49,848 bases of DNA from Octopus sinensis (lineage: Eukaryota). Shown piece by piece: positions 37,792 to 49,848 of this stretch. Location of the stretch: NCBI RefSeq assembly GCF_006345805.1, contig NW_021829890.1, positions 1 to 49,848 on the forward strand, read 5' to 3'. Every line of letters starts with the position of its first letter. The stretch's first letter is position 1. Below the pieces are notes generated by a model. It was not told the origin of the DNA, searched no databases, and worked only from the letters and a program-made list of their open reading frames with translations. Position numbers and translations under genes: made by a program.

Positions 37792-40700
37792 TCATAGGAT
37801 CATGCTCAAGGTGGCTTCGTCATTCATACGTGCCATTCTTGCTACATTCACCCATCTTTTTTAAAACATTCGCTAGACAAAACTTGCCTCTCTACTCTCA
37901 CTTTCCTTTTCATGGTACTTGAAGAAGTTGATGAGAGATTGACCAGAGAGGAAAGTGTTTGTCTCCATCCTTTCAGACGCGTCCACCAGATACATTCTTT
38001 CGCCATAGCCACAAGGATGATGAAAATAGCTCTTCCTTCCCGTTTGAAGGAGGAGGCGTGACAATATTAACGATAGATTCAGCTGATAAACCGACTCGTC
38101 CCACACGTGACAGCAGTTGTTCGACACAAGCCCACAGGTCGGAAATTGTTGGACACTGCACGAGTGCGTGCAGAACGGTTTCGTCGCTCTGACCGCATCT
38201 CGGGCAGGTCGGCCCCGTGTTTCTCGAGCCGTGTCTGTAGAGCTTATCCCGAACGGGTAGCGCTTCTCGGTAGCACTGCCAGGCCAGGGATCTCTGGAAG
38301 TTGTCCATGGGCCCTGGCCCGAAAGTCGTCCTGAACAGGCGGGTCAGGTACTCCTCGTCGACGTCCAGGTTCGCCCCGAGCTCGTCGTCGTACCTCCCCT
38401 CCACTAAACCCCTATAGAATGCTTTGGTTGTGTTGAAGTCACTCAAGGTCGACCCAGGACGGCAGAGTTGCTTGAGAGCAACGCGACACTCGCGGTGCCA
38501 TTCGCCCTTCTTCGGCCTCTTTTTGATCCACGACTGCAGTTCGGTCATGGAGACGAGCTGCGGGAAAGCGTGCCTCACAAACGGCGACCACACCTGTTCA
38601 CCGTCGTCTACATAGAGCCAGAGATGTCGCAGTCTCAGCGCGTGTCTGCGCATCATCAACCACGGCATGCCCAGCCCTCCTTTTAACGGGTGTTGACAGC
38701 AAATGGATCGCCTGACCATCGGGACGCATCCTTTCCACAAGAAGCGAAAGAGAATGCGTTGTATTTGGTGATGGTAGGGTCGGGACAAGGTACGACGGTC
38801 AGGCGTAGTAGATGACGGACGCGATTTACGTGTTCGCCACCTCCGCCCGACCTTTTAGGGACAGTTCCTCTCGGCCCGTTGCCGGGCGAGAGTGACCACC
38901 CTACTCGTTATCTCGTTCCAGTTCTTCTCCACTTGGAGGTCCGGACCAAACCAGACCCCGAGCAACTCAACCGGGCCGTCGGTCCATCGTCCCACAACGG
39001 AGGCGCTAGTGGACGGCATGGGCTTGCTCTCCAGGTGCCTAGTCGCAAGCCCACTGACTTTTCCCGGTTGATTTTCGCTCCTGTCACCGCTCGTAGTTTT
39101 TCAGTGTCTCGCCGACCTGCTCGATGTGCTCGTGGCTAGACACTATGACGGTGACGTCGTCCGCGTATGCAGACACGCTCGTCCCGCATCCCAGTTCTCG
39201 CGGGATGCCTCTCAAGGTTGCCAGCTCCGCAATAATGGCTCGAGAGTCATACGTATAGAAGCGACGAGAGGGGGCATCCCTGACGGACCGAACGTGCGAT
39301 GTCGAAGGGTCTCGATAGATGTCCATTCACGCGAATTACCGAACGGATGCCTCTGTACAAAGCGGCTATCCAGCCGCGGAAGACGGGACCGAAGCCAGCC
39401 GCTCCGAGGACCGCCTCCAAGTATCGATGGTCCACCCTATCGAAAGCTTTCGATTGATCCAAATTGATCAACGCCCCACCCATGCCAGGTTCGTTAACTA
39501 CCCTGTCTATGATGTAGCGCATCAGGTGGAGGTTGTCATGGATGGTCCGGCCTGGCACGGCGCATGTTTGCGCCCTGTCGACCAGTTTCTCGATGACAAG
39601 CGCCAACCTCTTGGCTAGCACCTCGGCCAAAATTTTCAAGTCTGCATTAAGCAGAGTGATGGGCCTAAAGTTATCTATTACATTTCCCTTGTTTAGATCT
39701 TTCTTCAGCAGTGTTACGGCTCCTCGGCTCACAAACCAGGAATGCTCCGTTTTGCTGCCAGTTGCAGTACACCGCCGCCAAGAGATCTCCAAACAAGTCT
39801 GGCATACAATTGTAAAGCTCGTAGGGTAGACCATCCAAACCCGGTGATTTGTCCCCCGAGCATTCTGCCATCGCTTCCTTGCACTTCCGCCGCCGTGATG
39901 GCACCTTCGCAGCACCCTGCCTTTCTTGTCGAGAGTCGTGGTAGGCTATGTAGGTAGGCACTGAAGTCCACCCTACGTTCTTGCCCTCCACTCGTTCCGA
40001 ACAGTCGGGCAAAATGCTGCTGAAAGGCCTCACACATTTTACTTGGCTCGAGCAATTCGCGCCCCTGTTCATCTACCAGGGACCGAATGGTGGCTTTGTT
40101 GCCCTGTTGCGCCTCTGCCACCCGGGCCTCTCTCGCGGCTCCAACACCTTCGTTCCTTAGAGCACGCATCCTAGCTCTGACAGCACATCCTTCGTGTTTG
40201 GCGTTGAAGTGTTGGTCGAGGGCCAACCTCGCCGCCAAAACGTCGGATGCGATGCCGCTTCTAATTGCCTCTTCTAGCTTCTTAACTAGCTCACCCTCTA
40301 CTCTATTTCTATCTATGGCTAGTGCTTTGCTGTACCTAATCGCTTCTGCTTTAACTGCTCTCTTGAGGGCAAACCACCATTTGTTGTTGATGATGGCTCC
40401 CGTCAAAGCCCTCTTTACTAGTGTGCTAATCCGGTCTCTGAAAACCTGTCTCGATGGGAAAGACGCGTTTAGTTTCCAGTATCCGGGACCTGCCTAAGTG
40501 TCTTACCTAAGTCTAGCGTACATGTCACAAGTTTGTGATCCGTGTAGCTGACTATGTGGAATTGTGGACATCCTATGCTATCTCTGTCTACTGTCCTACA
40601 CAGTATCCTATCTAGATACGATCTCGACGACCCGATGCGGTTGCTCCATGTCCACGTTGGCGCATTCGGGTGGTCTAGTCGGAACCTGTCAGACAGTTGG

Positions 40701-41216
40701 AATCGTCTGAGCAGGTCTCTGAGGCATTTGCATCCCCTTCTGTTTCTGTCTCTACCCACGTAGTCTACATGCGTGTCCAAGGTAGCATTCCAATCCCCCA
40801 CTAAGAGTAAAGGACGAGACGTTCCCAAGAATACTTCTAGACGTTGAAAGAAATCCGCCCGACCTGTTAAGGGCGGTGCGTAGACTGATACGAGTCGAAA
40901 AGCGCACCCATTGCTGCCGTCGACATCCATCCAGGACGACCAGTCTACCCTCCGGGTCTACGAATATTGTCCTTACTTTGAGATCCAGACTCTTGTGAAA
41001 AGTACCGCGGTGCCACTACCGCCCATTCTCGGCAGACAGGGGGAAAAATAATGTTGAACTGTCCGCCAAACATGTCTTTAGGGCCCGCGGATTGTGGAGT
41101 CTGGTCTCACTTATGGCTATGATTTCTAACTTATGTGACTTTATGTCATTTAAGAGGTACCCTTGTTTCCAGGGGGACCCCAAGCCACGCGCATTTACAC
41201 AACCAATCTTGATCAT
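37792..41216 (-). pseudogene. Retrotransposon ORF2 (APE endonuclease + reverse transcriptase), frameshifted
   Basis: APE motifs MIKIGCVNARGL, IAISETRL, LLVGDWNA, SYLDRIL, YTDHKLV. RT motifs KSPGLDG, FRPITLLNADLK, DQSKAFDRVDH, VRQGCPLS, YADD. C-terminal CPRCGQSDETVLHALVQC. Last frame ends ...ATLSMIL* at 37792. Confidence 0.93.
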
Positions 41217-41256
41217 AGTCCTAATGAATTAGAATACAAGTGAAAGGAACAGAGGG

Positions 41257-43253
41257 TTACTTACTGCTCGAAAGTTTTTGCTTTCTCCTCCTTTGGTTTG
41301 TCCTCGGGAGATCCCAGTACAGTTTTTTTGTGAGATATTTTTGGCATTTACCAACCGCGCTGGGAAAATGCCTTTGAGTGTGTGGTGCAACTTTTGGAGA
41401 TGTGTAATATTTGATGTGGTCTGGTGGTGTTGTGTATGGGTGATTGTTTGTTTTTATGTCATCTTCTGTTATGTTTGTTTTTGATTGGATGTATTCCATC
41501 AAATTTGTGTTTTTGGTGTCTATAGCTGTGAGCATGTTTGCTGTATATATTTTTGTGGTGTTGGTGTGGCTGTTGTTTGCGTTGGGTTTTGAAATGTCTT
41601 CGGGAGATGTATTTCCCCCTGCTTTGTTCGTGTTTGCATTGGTTTGGTTGTGTTTTCTCTGCTCTTTATTTTCCTTCTTTTTGTAGCTATTTGCCATTCC
41701 TCACTGGTTTCGTCTTCCGACGAAATTTCTGAGGAATCAGTAAGGGGTAGGGGTATTTGTGGGCTTCTATGTATGTCTGTGTAAGTGGTTGTGTTGTTGT
41801 TTTCGTTGTTGTTGGTTGTTGAGTGTTTGTGTGTGTTGAGTGCGGTATAAGGGATGTGGGATCAGTTTGTGTGTGTTTTCTTTGTTTTTCTGTTCCTTTG
41901 GGTTTTGCTGTTGTTGGTGGTGTTGGTATTTTTCAGGTTGAGTGGTTTTTGGTTGATGACGGATTAGCTTGGTGTGCTTCTCTTGTCGTCTTCTGTGTTG
42001 ATGGTGGTGTGGGTAGTAGAGCTTTTTTTTCGGAGTGCTTTGGTTGTGTAGTGGTTGTTGTGTTGCTCTGGTGTGCAGTGGTTGGGCACGTCTTTTTCAA
42101 GTGTGTTTCGCTTCCACACAAATAGCAGCGTGGTCGCCTGCTCTCTACCACTATATAGAGTTTGTAGCCTCCTGGCAGTTCTATAGCGGTGGGTATCTTC
42201 TCTCTTGCTGCTTCATCCAATTGAAGCAGGAATTCGATTGATTTGCCCACATAGTCTTTCTCTCCTAGAACCGCGATTTCCAGGATGTTTGTCTCTGACA
42301 TTGTCTCTGTCATTTCAAAGCAGATGGCAGAGACCAACCATTGTGTTTCGACATCAAATGGTATGTTTTTTATTTGGACTTTCGTGACCCTTTTGTTTAA
42401 ATAGACTGGTATTCATTACCAAGTCGTCCGAATGCAGCTCCAATGTGGAAAAACGTTTTGCTAAACTTTCGTGAGGAAACGTACTGGACTGTACCAAATT
42501 TGTTTCCCCAGCTGCTATATTCCTTGGAGTCCATGCAGGACGAAGGCATTTCGATTTTTTCCTGCGGTGCATTTTCTGTTCTTCCTGTTTTCTTGTTTAT
42601 TACTTTATAAATTATTGGGTTTTTTTGTGTGTTTTCCACGATGTGTTGTGGAATGTGAAGGTGCAATTTGTCTCCTTCTTTGGAGAAGAGTGCCTTTGTG
42701 CGGTTTATCTCTTGTGTGGTGAATGTTACAATTGTTCTTTTTTGTTTTGTTACGTCCGCAAAATTCGTTTTGAATTTGGCAGTAGAAATGTTAATTGTGG
42801 CAGGTGAAGTCATGGTAGTAGTGTTGGTGTTGGCGGTATTAGCAGCAGAAGGCTTGGATGTAGCATTTGACGTCGTAGTAGTGGTGTTGGTGTTGGCGGT
42901 GTGTCTTTGGTAGGCGGCTTTGTGCCAATTTCGTTGTTGTTGTTGGTGGTGGTGATGGTGGTGGTGCTGGCATTCATGTTTTCGTTTGTATTCATTTTTG
43001 AAATCCCTTTCTCTGTCCCTTTATCATCAACAAGTGGTGTGGGGAGTGAGGGGAAATCTAAGTTAATGTCTTTGGTCGCGGCGATGGTGAATGCGACGTT
43101 AGTTTTGTTGTTGTTGTTGGTGGTGGTGGTGGTGATGGTGGTGACAGCGGTGTTCACGCTGCGATGTTTAGCAGCTAGTGGTAGCGATAGTGTTTTGCTA
43201 CCGTTCTGCATGACTGGCAGGCTAGCCACGTGGTTTCTAGTTGCCATTTTCAA
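41257..43253 (-). pseudogene. Retrotransposon ORF1 (gag-like nucleic-acid-binding protein), frameshifted
   Basis: Chained minus-strand ORFs 42810-43253, 42397-42813, 42354-42572, 41933-42337, 41257-41697. CX2CX4HX4C knuckle CYLCGSETHLKKTC; Thr/Asn/Lys-rich low-complexity ends. Confidence 0.75.
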
Positions 43254-43464
43254 AATGAAAAATGGCTAAAAAACCCACGAAAGTTTTGAAAGTTTTTTTG
43301 TAATTTCGCCCATACAGGGGCGGAATTCTACGTGAATAATTCTCAGGTTTTTTAGTGAATGAACTTGCACAACGATTAAAACAAAATATTTGACAGCAAG
43401 GAGTTTTAAACATGTAAAAGTGGCCAACTTACGTGGAGCCAATATGACTAGCGTCCGTCCATTT

Positions 43465-43755
<291 letters not shown>

Positions 43756-43756
43756 C

Positions 43757-44270
43757 CATGGCTGTCGACTCGTTAGCCGGCCATGATTATCGCCGATGGT
43801 TGGCTTATGACGGATCCTTCTTACGAACGTGATATCGATAATGACACATGTAGCCGGCGAGAGACTCACAATGTTTGCCGCCAGCCCAATCCATGTTTTC
43901 GGCTTGACAGTCAGATCTCTCAGGTGGAAGATTACTGAGTTTTCAAATCTCACCTGAGTCCGGATCTGGCAAACCTTGCCACATACATTACAGGTAAGCG
44001 GGTCTGCAATAACGAATTAAATATAATCTGCTGGATGGTTGTCTGTATGACTCCTGAACTATCTTTGGTATCCTACATTTCACAAGCATGTTCAGTCTCA
44101 TTCATGGCAAACTAAATGAGAAACCGCTAATTCTACTTTATCTCCCTTGCGGTCAGCTCTTTTGGTTGTTGCTCAGCTTATTGGCTTTAGACGGAATGAG
44201 TGACATCCTTCGTATGTTTGTTTTCTCCACTTGTCTCTGTTGTCAGCCTATACATCCCAACAGTGAAAGT
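43757..44270 (-). mobile_element. Decayed 3' end of an RTE-like LINE with zinc-finger relics
   Basis: Minus-strand peptides [16 protein letters not shown] and [17 protein letters not shown], then a short UTR and a (GTAT)n tail. 5' boundary uncertain. Confidence 0.55.
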
Positions 44271-44433
44271 TGAGCTCGAAATGAGGAGTAGGTAGACAGC
44301 CGACAACTGATGAAGGGTCGCTCTTTATGTTACTCGTCCTCTTTTCCATTTGTTTCTCTCGCTGTTGCGTATTGAACTCAATGTTTTCGTATATTCATGT
44401 TGTTTTCTGCTGGTAATGTCCCGTACCCATATA

Positions 44434-44522
<89 letters not shown>

Positions 44523-44584
44523 CATATATACATATATACATATATATACATTATAATATACATATATTATATCTATATATATAT

Positions 44585-44618
<34 letters not shown>

Positions 44619-44678
44619 ATATATATATATATATATAGATACATATACATATACATTAAATACATATATATATATAAT

Positions 44679-44715
<37 letters not shown>

Positions 44716-44757
44716 TATCTACATATATAATATATATACATATATATATATATATAC

Positions 44758-44792
<35 letters not shown>

Positions 44793-45361
44793 TGTATGTA
44801 TGTATATAAATATACATATACACATACATACATACAAACATACATATAGTTCAAATTTACAGAAATCAAAAGACGAACGTAAGTGAACAACAACCAAGTT
44901 TTAGTTTAACTCTTGGGAAAAATGAAAAAAGTATTTGACGTTTCGAGCCTACGTATATACTTACATATACACAGATATATAAATAATTTTTATATCATTT
45001 CACTTTTACTAAACTACGTGTTTATTACACATCTACATGGAAAAGGTTGACAGTAACTTCGAAGTTTTTGAGCTTCCTCTTGTCGTCAGACTGTCTGATG
45101 TTGGCAAGCAAAGCTAAAACTCTGAAGTCAAACAAACCTTACCCTTGTTACAGTTTAGAAAACATGCGTATGTGCTTAAGAGGGTGTGGATACTTGTATA
45201 CATACAAATACGTTAATTTGTTTTATTATTATTAATCGGCAGACGATTACGAAATTGGCTCGCGAGAAATAGAGTTTCGTGCATAGCAGTGTGATAGAGG
45301 CCGTACACGAAACTCTCGGCCATTGAGTCACTTTTGTGACTGTTTTCCATTGAAAATAATG

Positions 45362-45393
<32 letters not shown>

Positions 45394-45437
45394 GATAGAT
45401 AGATAGATAGATAGATAGAGAGATGAGAGAGAGAGAG

Positions 45438-45516
<79 letters not shown>

Positions 45517-45586
45517 TAGATATAGATATACATAGAGGGAGAGGGAGAGAGAGGGGGAGGCAGATACACACATACGCGCGCGCGCA

Positions 45587-45620
<34 letters not shown>

Positions 45621-45929
45621 GGTATTGAATTCTAATAATATATATTTATTTACATACATTTACACAGCTTCACGCACGTCATTTAACCGTTCCACATTAC
45701 ATGTAGTTTTTTGTAGTTCGCTATTAACGAGAAAAAAGGGAAGCTTTTCATTTTTCGTTCGACAACGTAGATTCGAACAGTCACATCTGATGAGTGCAGT
45801 TTCAGAGAGCTGCATGAAACACTGGGTAATGTTACCCTTTCTCTTTATGTTATATGAAAAGCAATATAGAATTATTTAACTCTTTCACGTATTGAGTTCT
45901 TCTCATTTTTTAAATGTTACATGAACATT

Positions 45930-46103
45930 ATAGACGCAGGAGTGGCTGTGTGGTAAGTAGCTTGCTAACCAACCACGTGGTTCCGGGTTCAATCCCACTG
46001 CGTGGCATCTTGGGCAAGTGTCTTCTGCTATAGCCCCGGGCCGACCAATGCCTTGTGAGTGGATTTGGTAGACGGAAACTGAAAGAAGCCTGTCGTATAT
46101 ATG

Positions 46104-46134
<31 letters not shown>

Positions 46135-46352
46135 TTGTGCGTCTGTGTTTGTCCCCCTGGCATTGCTTGACAACCGATGCTGGTGTGTTTACGTCCCCGT
46201 AACTTAGCGGTTCGGCAAAAGAGACCGATAGAATAAGTACTGGGCTTACAAAGAATAAGTCCCGTGGTCGATTTGCTCGACTAAAGGCGGTGCTCCAGCA
46301 TGGCTGCAGTCAAATGACTGAAACAAGTAAAAGAGTAAAAGAGAGTAAAGAG
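45930..46352 (+). mobile_element. SINE family B
   Basis: Full copy ending in (gtaaaagag) repeats. Confidence 0.9.
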
Positions 46353-46919
46353 TATTACCTGATGACAATATAACCACATACATGTACAGAGACACAAAGT
46401 GACAGGCAGACAGAGTAACTGGCAGACAGAGTGACAGGCAGAATGATAGGCAGACAAATAGACAGACAAGCAAACAGACAGGAAGACCGATAGACGGACA
46501 CGCAGACAGACTGACAGATAGACAGGCTGATGGGCATATCCCCAGATACACAGATAGACAGAGTGACAGACAGGCGGACAGACAAACAGACTGGCGGATA
46601 ATCTTTTACAAGACATTGTAAACAGGAAACGTAACGGCACGTGCAGTTGTTTAATATATATATCCTCTCGTGGGCCGCAGGTCATCTGAGGAGCACTTCA
46701 TGATCGGAGGTGTATATGTATTTATATCTATTTATATCAATAATAGGTTAGCAGAAGTTGGTGATGGCGATGGTGATGATGATGGCGATGGTGATGGTGA
46801 TGGCGATGGTGGGCGAACGATGGAAGAAATCTTTGACTAAACCATCCAACTTTTTTTTATATATTATCATCTTGATAACATTCAAGATATGGGAAGATAT
46901 TATCGATGGAAACGGCAGC

Positions 46920-47280
46920 GACAGAAAGGAGAGAGAGATGGAGAGAGAGTGTGAGGAGAGTGGGGGAGAAATAAGGAGGGAGAGAAAAAGAGGAGAGAGA
47001 GGGAGATAAGAAAGGAGAGAGAGGAGCGAGAGAGAGAGGGGGAAAGAGAGAGAGAAGGAGAGAGAAGGAAGGAGAGAGGGAGAGAGAGAAGGAGAGAGGG
47101 AGAGAGGGAGAGAGGGGAGGAGAGAGGAGAGAGGGAGAGAGAAGGAGAGAGGGAGGGGAAGAGGGAGAGAGAGAGAGAAAGAGATATAGAGAGAGGGACG
47201 GACGGACAGAGAGAAACTGACAGAGAGAACGAGAAAAGAGAGAGAGAGGGGGACGGAGGGAGGGAGAGAGAGAGAGATGG
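46920..47280. repeat. Polypurine (GA-rich) tract
   Basis: Seen directly. Confidence 0.93.
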
Positions 47281-47353
47281 CGTAGAAAAATACGTCTCGT
47301 GTGTGCATATGAGATAGAGGTATTCTGTAGAATTGGTTTTAATCCACTTACCA

Positions 47354-47392
<39 letters not shown>

Positions 47393-48129
47393 TGAGTGTG
47401 CGTGTGTATGAGTGTGCGTGTGTGTGTGTGTGTGTGTGTTTATGGGAAGGGACGGTTTTGTCTTTGTTATTTTTAAACAACTTTTCCCCTTCGGAGAATC
47501 GTCGAAATCTCTTTCGATGGAATGTCTTTTTTATCAAAAGACATATTCTGGATATTCTCCCGATATTGTTTCCTCCTAGAATATTTATGACCCTCGAGGA
47601 AGGGGATGGCTTAAATGTCTGCCAAATATAAAGGCGGTCTTTGTTTAAGATTCCGTAACCAAAGAACTTATCTCTAATTAAAGCTAACTCGATACCTAAA
47701 AGCAAAAGTCTTTTAGTCAACTTAAGCTGAAATTTACGGTAATTTGAAGGTCGAATTCTAGAAAGTATCTATAATGTCCCTTGTTGTAGAGCTGCTGGTT
47801 TTGTAGCTAGTCATCATGTGACAATCATCACATGACATCCATCATGTGATAGGATTATAGTTAGGACGTTTTCTATTTAAGGGCTTAAAGGAAAGCTGAT
47901 CATTCTATTCCAGACATTGTCAAGATTAAAGAAACGTAATACTCGCGTGTGTTTATGTGTGTGTTGTGTGTGTGTGTGTGTGTGCGTGCGCGTGTGTGTG
48001 TGCGTATGTGTGTGTGCATGTGCGTGTGTGTGCGTATGTGTGTGTGTGCGTGTGTGTGTGCGTGCGTGTGGGTGTGTGTGCCACTGTGCATACACACGCA
48101 TGCGCATAAATCCACTCCATCCCTTACTT

Positions 48130-48800
48130 ATAGAAGCCTGGTACTTAATCTATCGGTCTATGTCGGACATCTATGTTACGGGTGCGTAAACAAAGCAACA
48201 CCGATTGTCAAGCTGGGAGTGGAACAGACACAGAAACATACACAAACGTACATTCATACATACATACATACATACGTACATACATACATTTGTGTGTATG
48301 TGTGTGACAGGCTTCTTTTCAGTGTCTGCCTAACAAATCCACTCACAAGGCTTTGGGTGGCTCGGAGACATAGGAATAAAAACACTTATCCAAGGTGCCA
48401 GGCAGTAGGACTGAACCCGAAGCCATGCTGTCGGGAAGCAAACTTCTTACCAGACAGCCATTCCTGCACGAGGGTTCCAGTTGATCCATCATCGGAACAG
48501 TTTGCTCGTGAAATTAACGTGCAAGTGGCTGAGTACTCCGCAGACATGTGTACCCTCAACGTATTTTTCGGGGAGATTCAGCGTGACACAGAGTGTGACA
48601 AAGCTGGCCCCTTTGAAATACGGGTACTACAGAAACAGGAAGAAAGAGTGAGAGAAAGTTGTGGGGAAAGAATACAGCAGGGTCCGCTACCACCCCTGCC
48701 GGAGCCACGTAGAGATTTAGGTGTTTTCACTCAATGAACACTCACAACACCCGGCCTGGGAATCTAAACCGCGATCCGCTACCCTAACCATTGGGCCATT
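48130..48800 (-). mobile_element. Adjacent family B (48130-48468) and family C-related (48470-48800) SINEs
   Basis: Reverse-complement matches to both families. Confidence 0.7.
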
Positions 48801-49848
48801 CTTTAATCTTGACAATATATATATATATATATAATATATATATATATATATAATGTTTGTGTGTGTGTGCGTGTTTACATGTTCATATCTCTCTGTGTAA
48901 TATATCCGCTTTCAGGGTGGAGCCGGTTGCAAATATTTTCATGTATTATAACACAATTGCCTAAAAGTACTCGTCAGGCCAACCCGAGACTTGTTAAAGA
49001 GTCTGCTTTCGCTGAATTGAGCGAGAGTCATAAATTAGATTGACACGCCAGTGAAATGATTTGTGGTATTAAGGACAAGAGAATTTTTACCGTCAGCAAT
49101 GTATCAAAATCTTTAAGATCCTCTATAAAGAAAAGAAGGTGTAACATGACATATTTCTCCTCTGTGTACCTCAATGAATGTCACCCAACGTAGCCAAAAT
49201 CTTTCTCAGTTTGGTATATAAGTATTTGTCCCTTGTCCCCTAATAGTGGAGTTAATTTAAAAGGTACACCTTTATTTGAGTTAGATGAAAAACATGAAAG
49301 ACTTCATATCGCTTAGACTCATTGCTATATTTTAAAAAAGATGTAATTGCATAAACAACAATGCATGCATTCTGAATGAATTCTGTCTTACCAAAAATAT
49401 TACCAGTCAAGCAGAATCTGAGTTTTTAAACCAGTCTAATTTCGGCAACACCAAAGAACGGCCCTTGACTAAACACAAAAAAAACATCCGGTCTTTGAAA
49501 TAATCAGCCTCTAAATACAGTGTTAAATGCTAAATACTAGACAACCTAGAATGGTTCACAAACTGCAACTTATGTACTGCTGAAGAAAAGTCTAATACTG
49601 AAGAAGCCAGATGTCTATCTTAATTAAAAATTAGAAAGACTTAGAAAATGCTAATTTGGAAGGAAAATATATCCTGAGATCTTTGTTGGAGACTCCTTCA
49701 AGGCACAGCATAGACTGTCACACTATGCAATCTGCGCAACATAGATGCAATCGTATCACTTCTGCACTACTCAATTAGCTTTTCCGCTTTCGCACTTAGC
49801 GTTCTTTACTTTTCACCCATTAACTTCCAGACAAGGAACAATCCAATC

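Larger units (their letters stand above)
37413..43464 (-). mobile_element. Full-length Tx1/L1-group non-LTR retrotransposon (ORF1 + APE-RT ORF2) embedded in (GATA)n
   Basis: Ordered 5'UTR, ORF1 with zinc knuckle, then ORF2 with endonuclease, RT and C-terminal Cys/His motif. The 3'UTR ends AATAAAGAAACA then (TATC)n on the element strand; the 5' end abuts (GATA)n at 43465. Confidence 0.93.

Noticed and set aside
38107-40763. Plus-strand ORFs antisense to LINE ORF2
   Set aside because: Expected shadow ORFs of GC-rich coding DNA.
44270-44325. cgaaa...ctgatgaag motif
   Set aside because: No consistent stems around the core.
48880-49848. Unique-looking terminal kilobase, possible exon or transposon relic
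   Set aside because: No convincing ORF, protein motif or element termini visible.

Overview
Repeat-saturated, AT-rich eukaryotic DNA with no intact host gene. The SINE families and microsatellite density suggest a cephalopod (Octopus-like) genome; this is an inference. Nearly all listed ORFs are microsatellite artefacts. Real content: (1) a ~6.05-kb full-length but frameshifted Tx1/L1-group non-LTR retrotransposon (minus strand, 37413-43464) with (GATA)n at both ends; (2) a non-coding ~596-bp tandem-plus-inverted element (28945-30360) in (TA)n, in which each unit carries an intact type I hammerhead ribozyme core (retrozyme or Penelope pseudo-LTR-like), with further hammerhead relics elsewhere, including one at the centre of a 287-bp fold-back; (3) three tRNA-derived SINE families, one of which shares its 3' tail with the Tx1-like element and forms head-to-tail multimers; (4) a mariner-type MITE and relics of RTE and HERO-like LINEs; (5) many micro- and minisatellites. 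All alignments and folds were done by eye.
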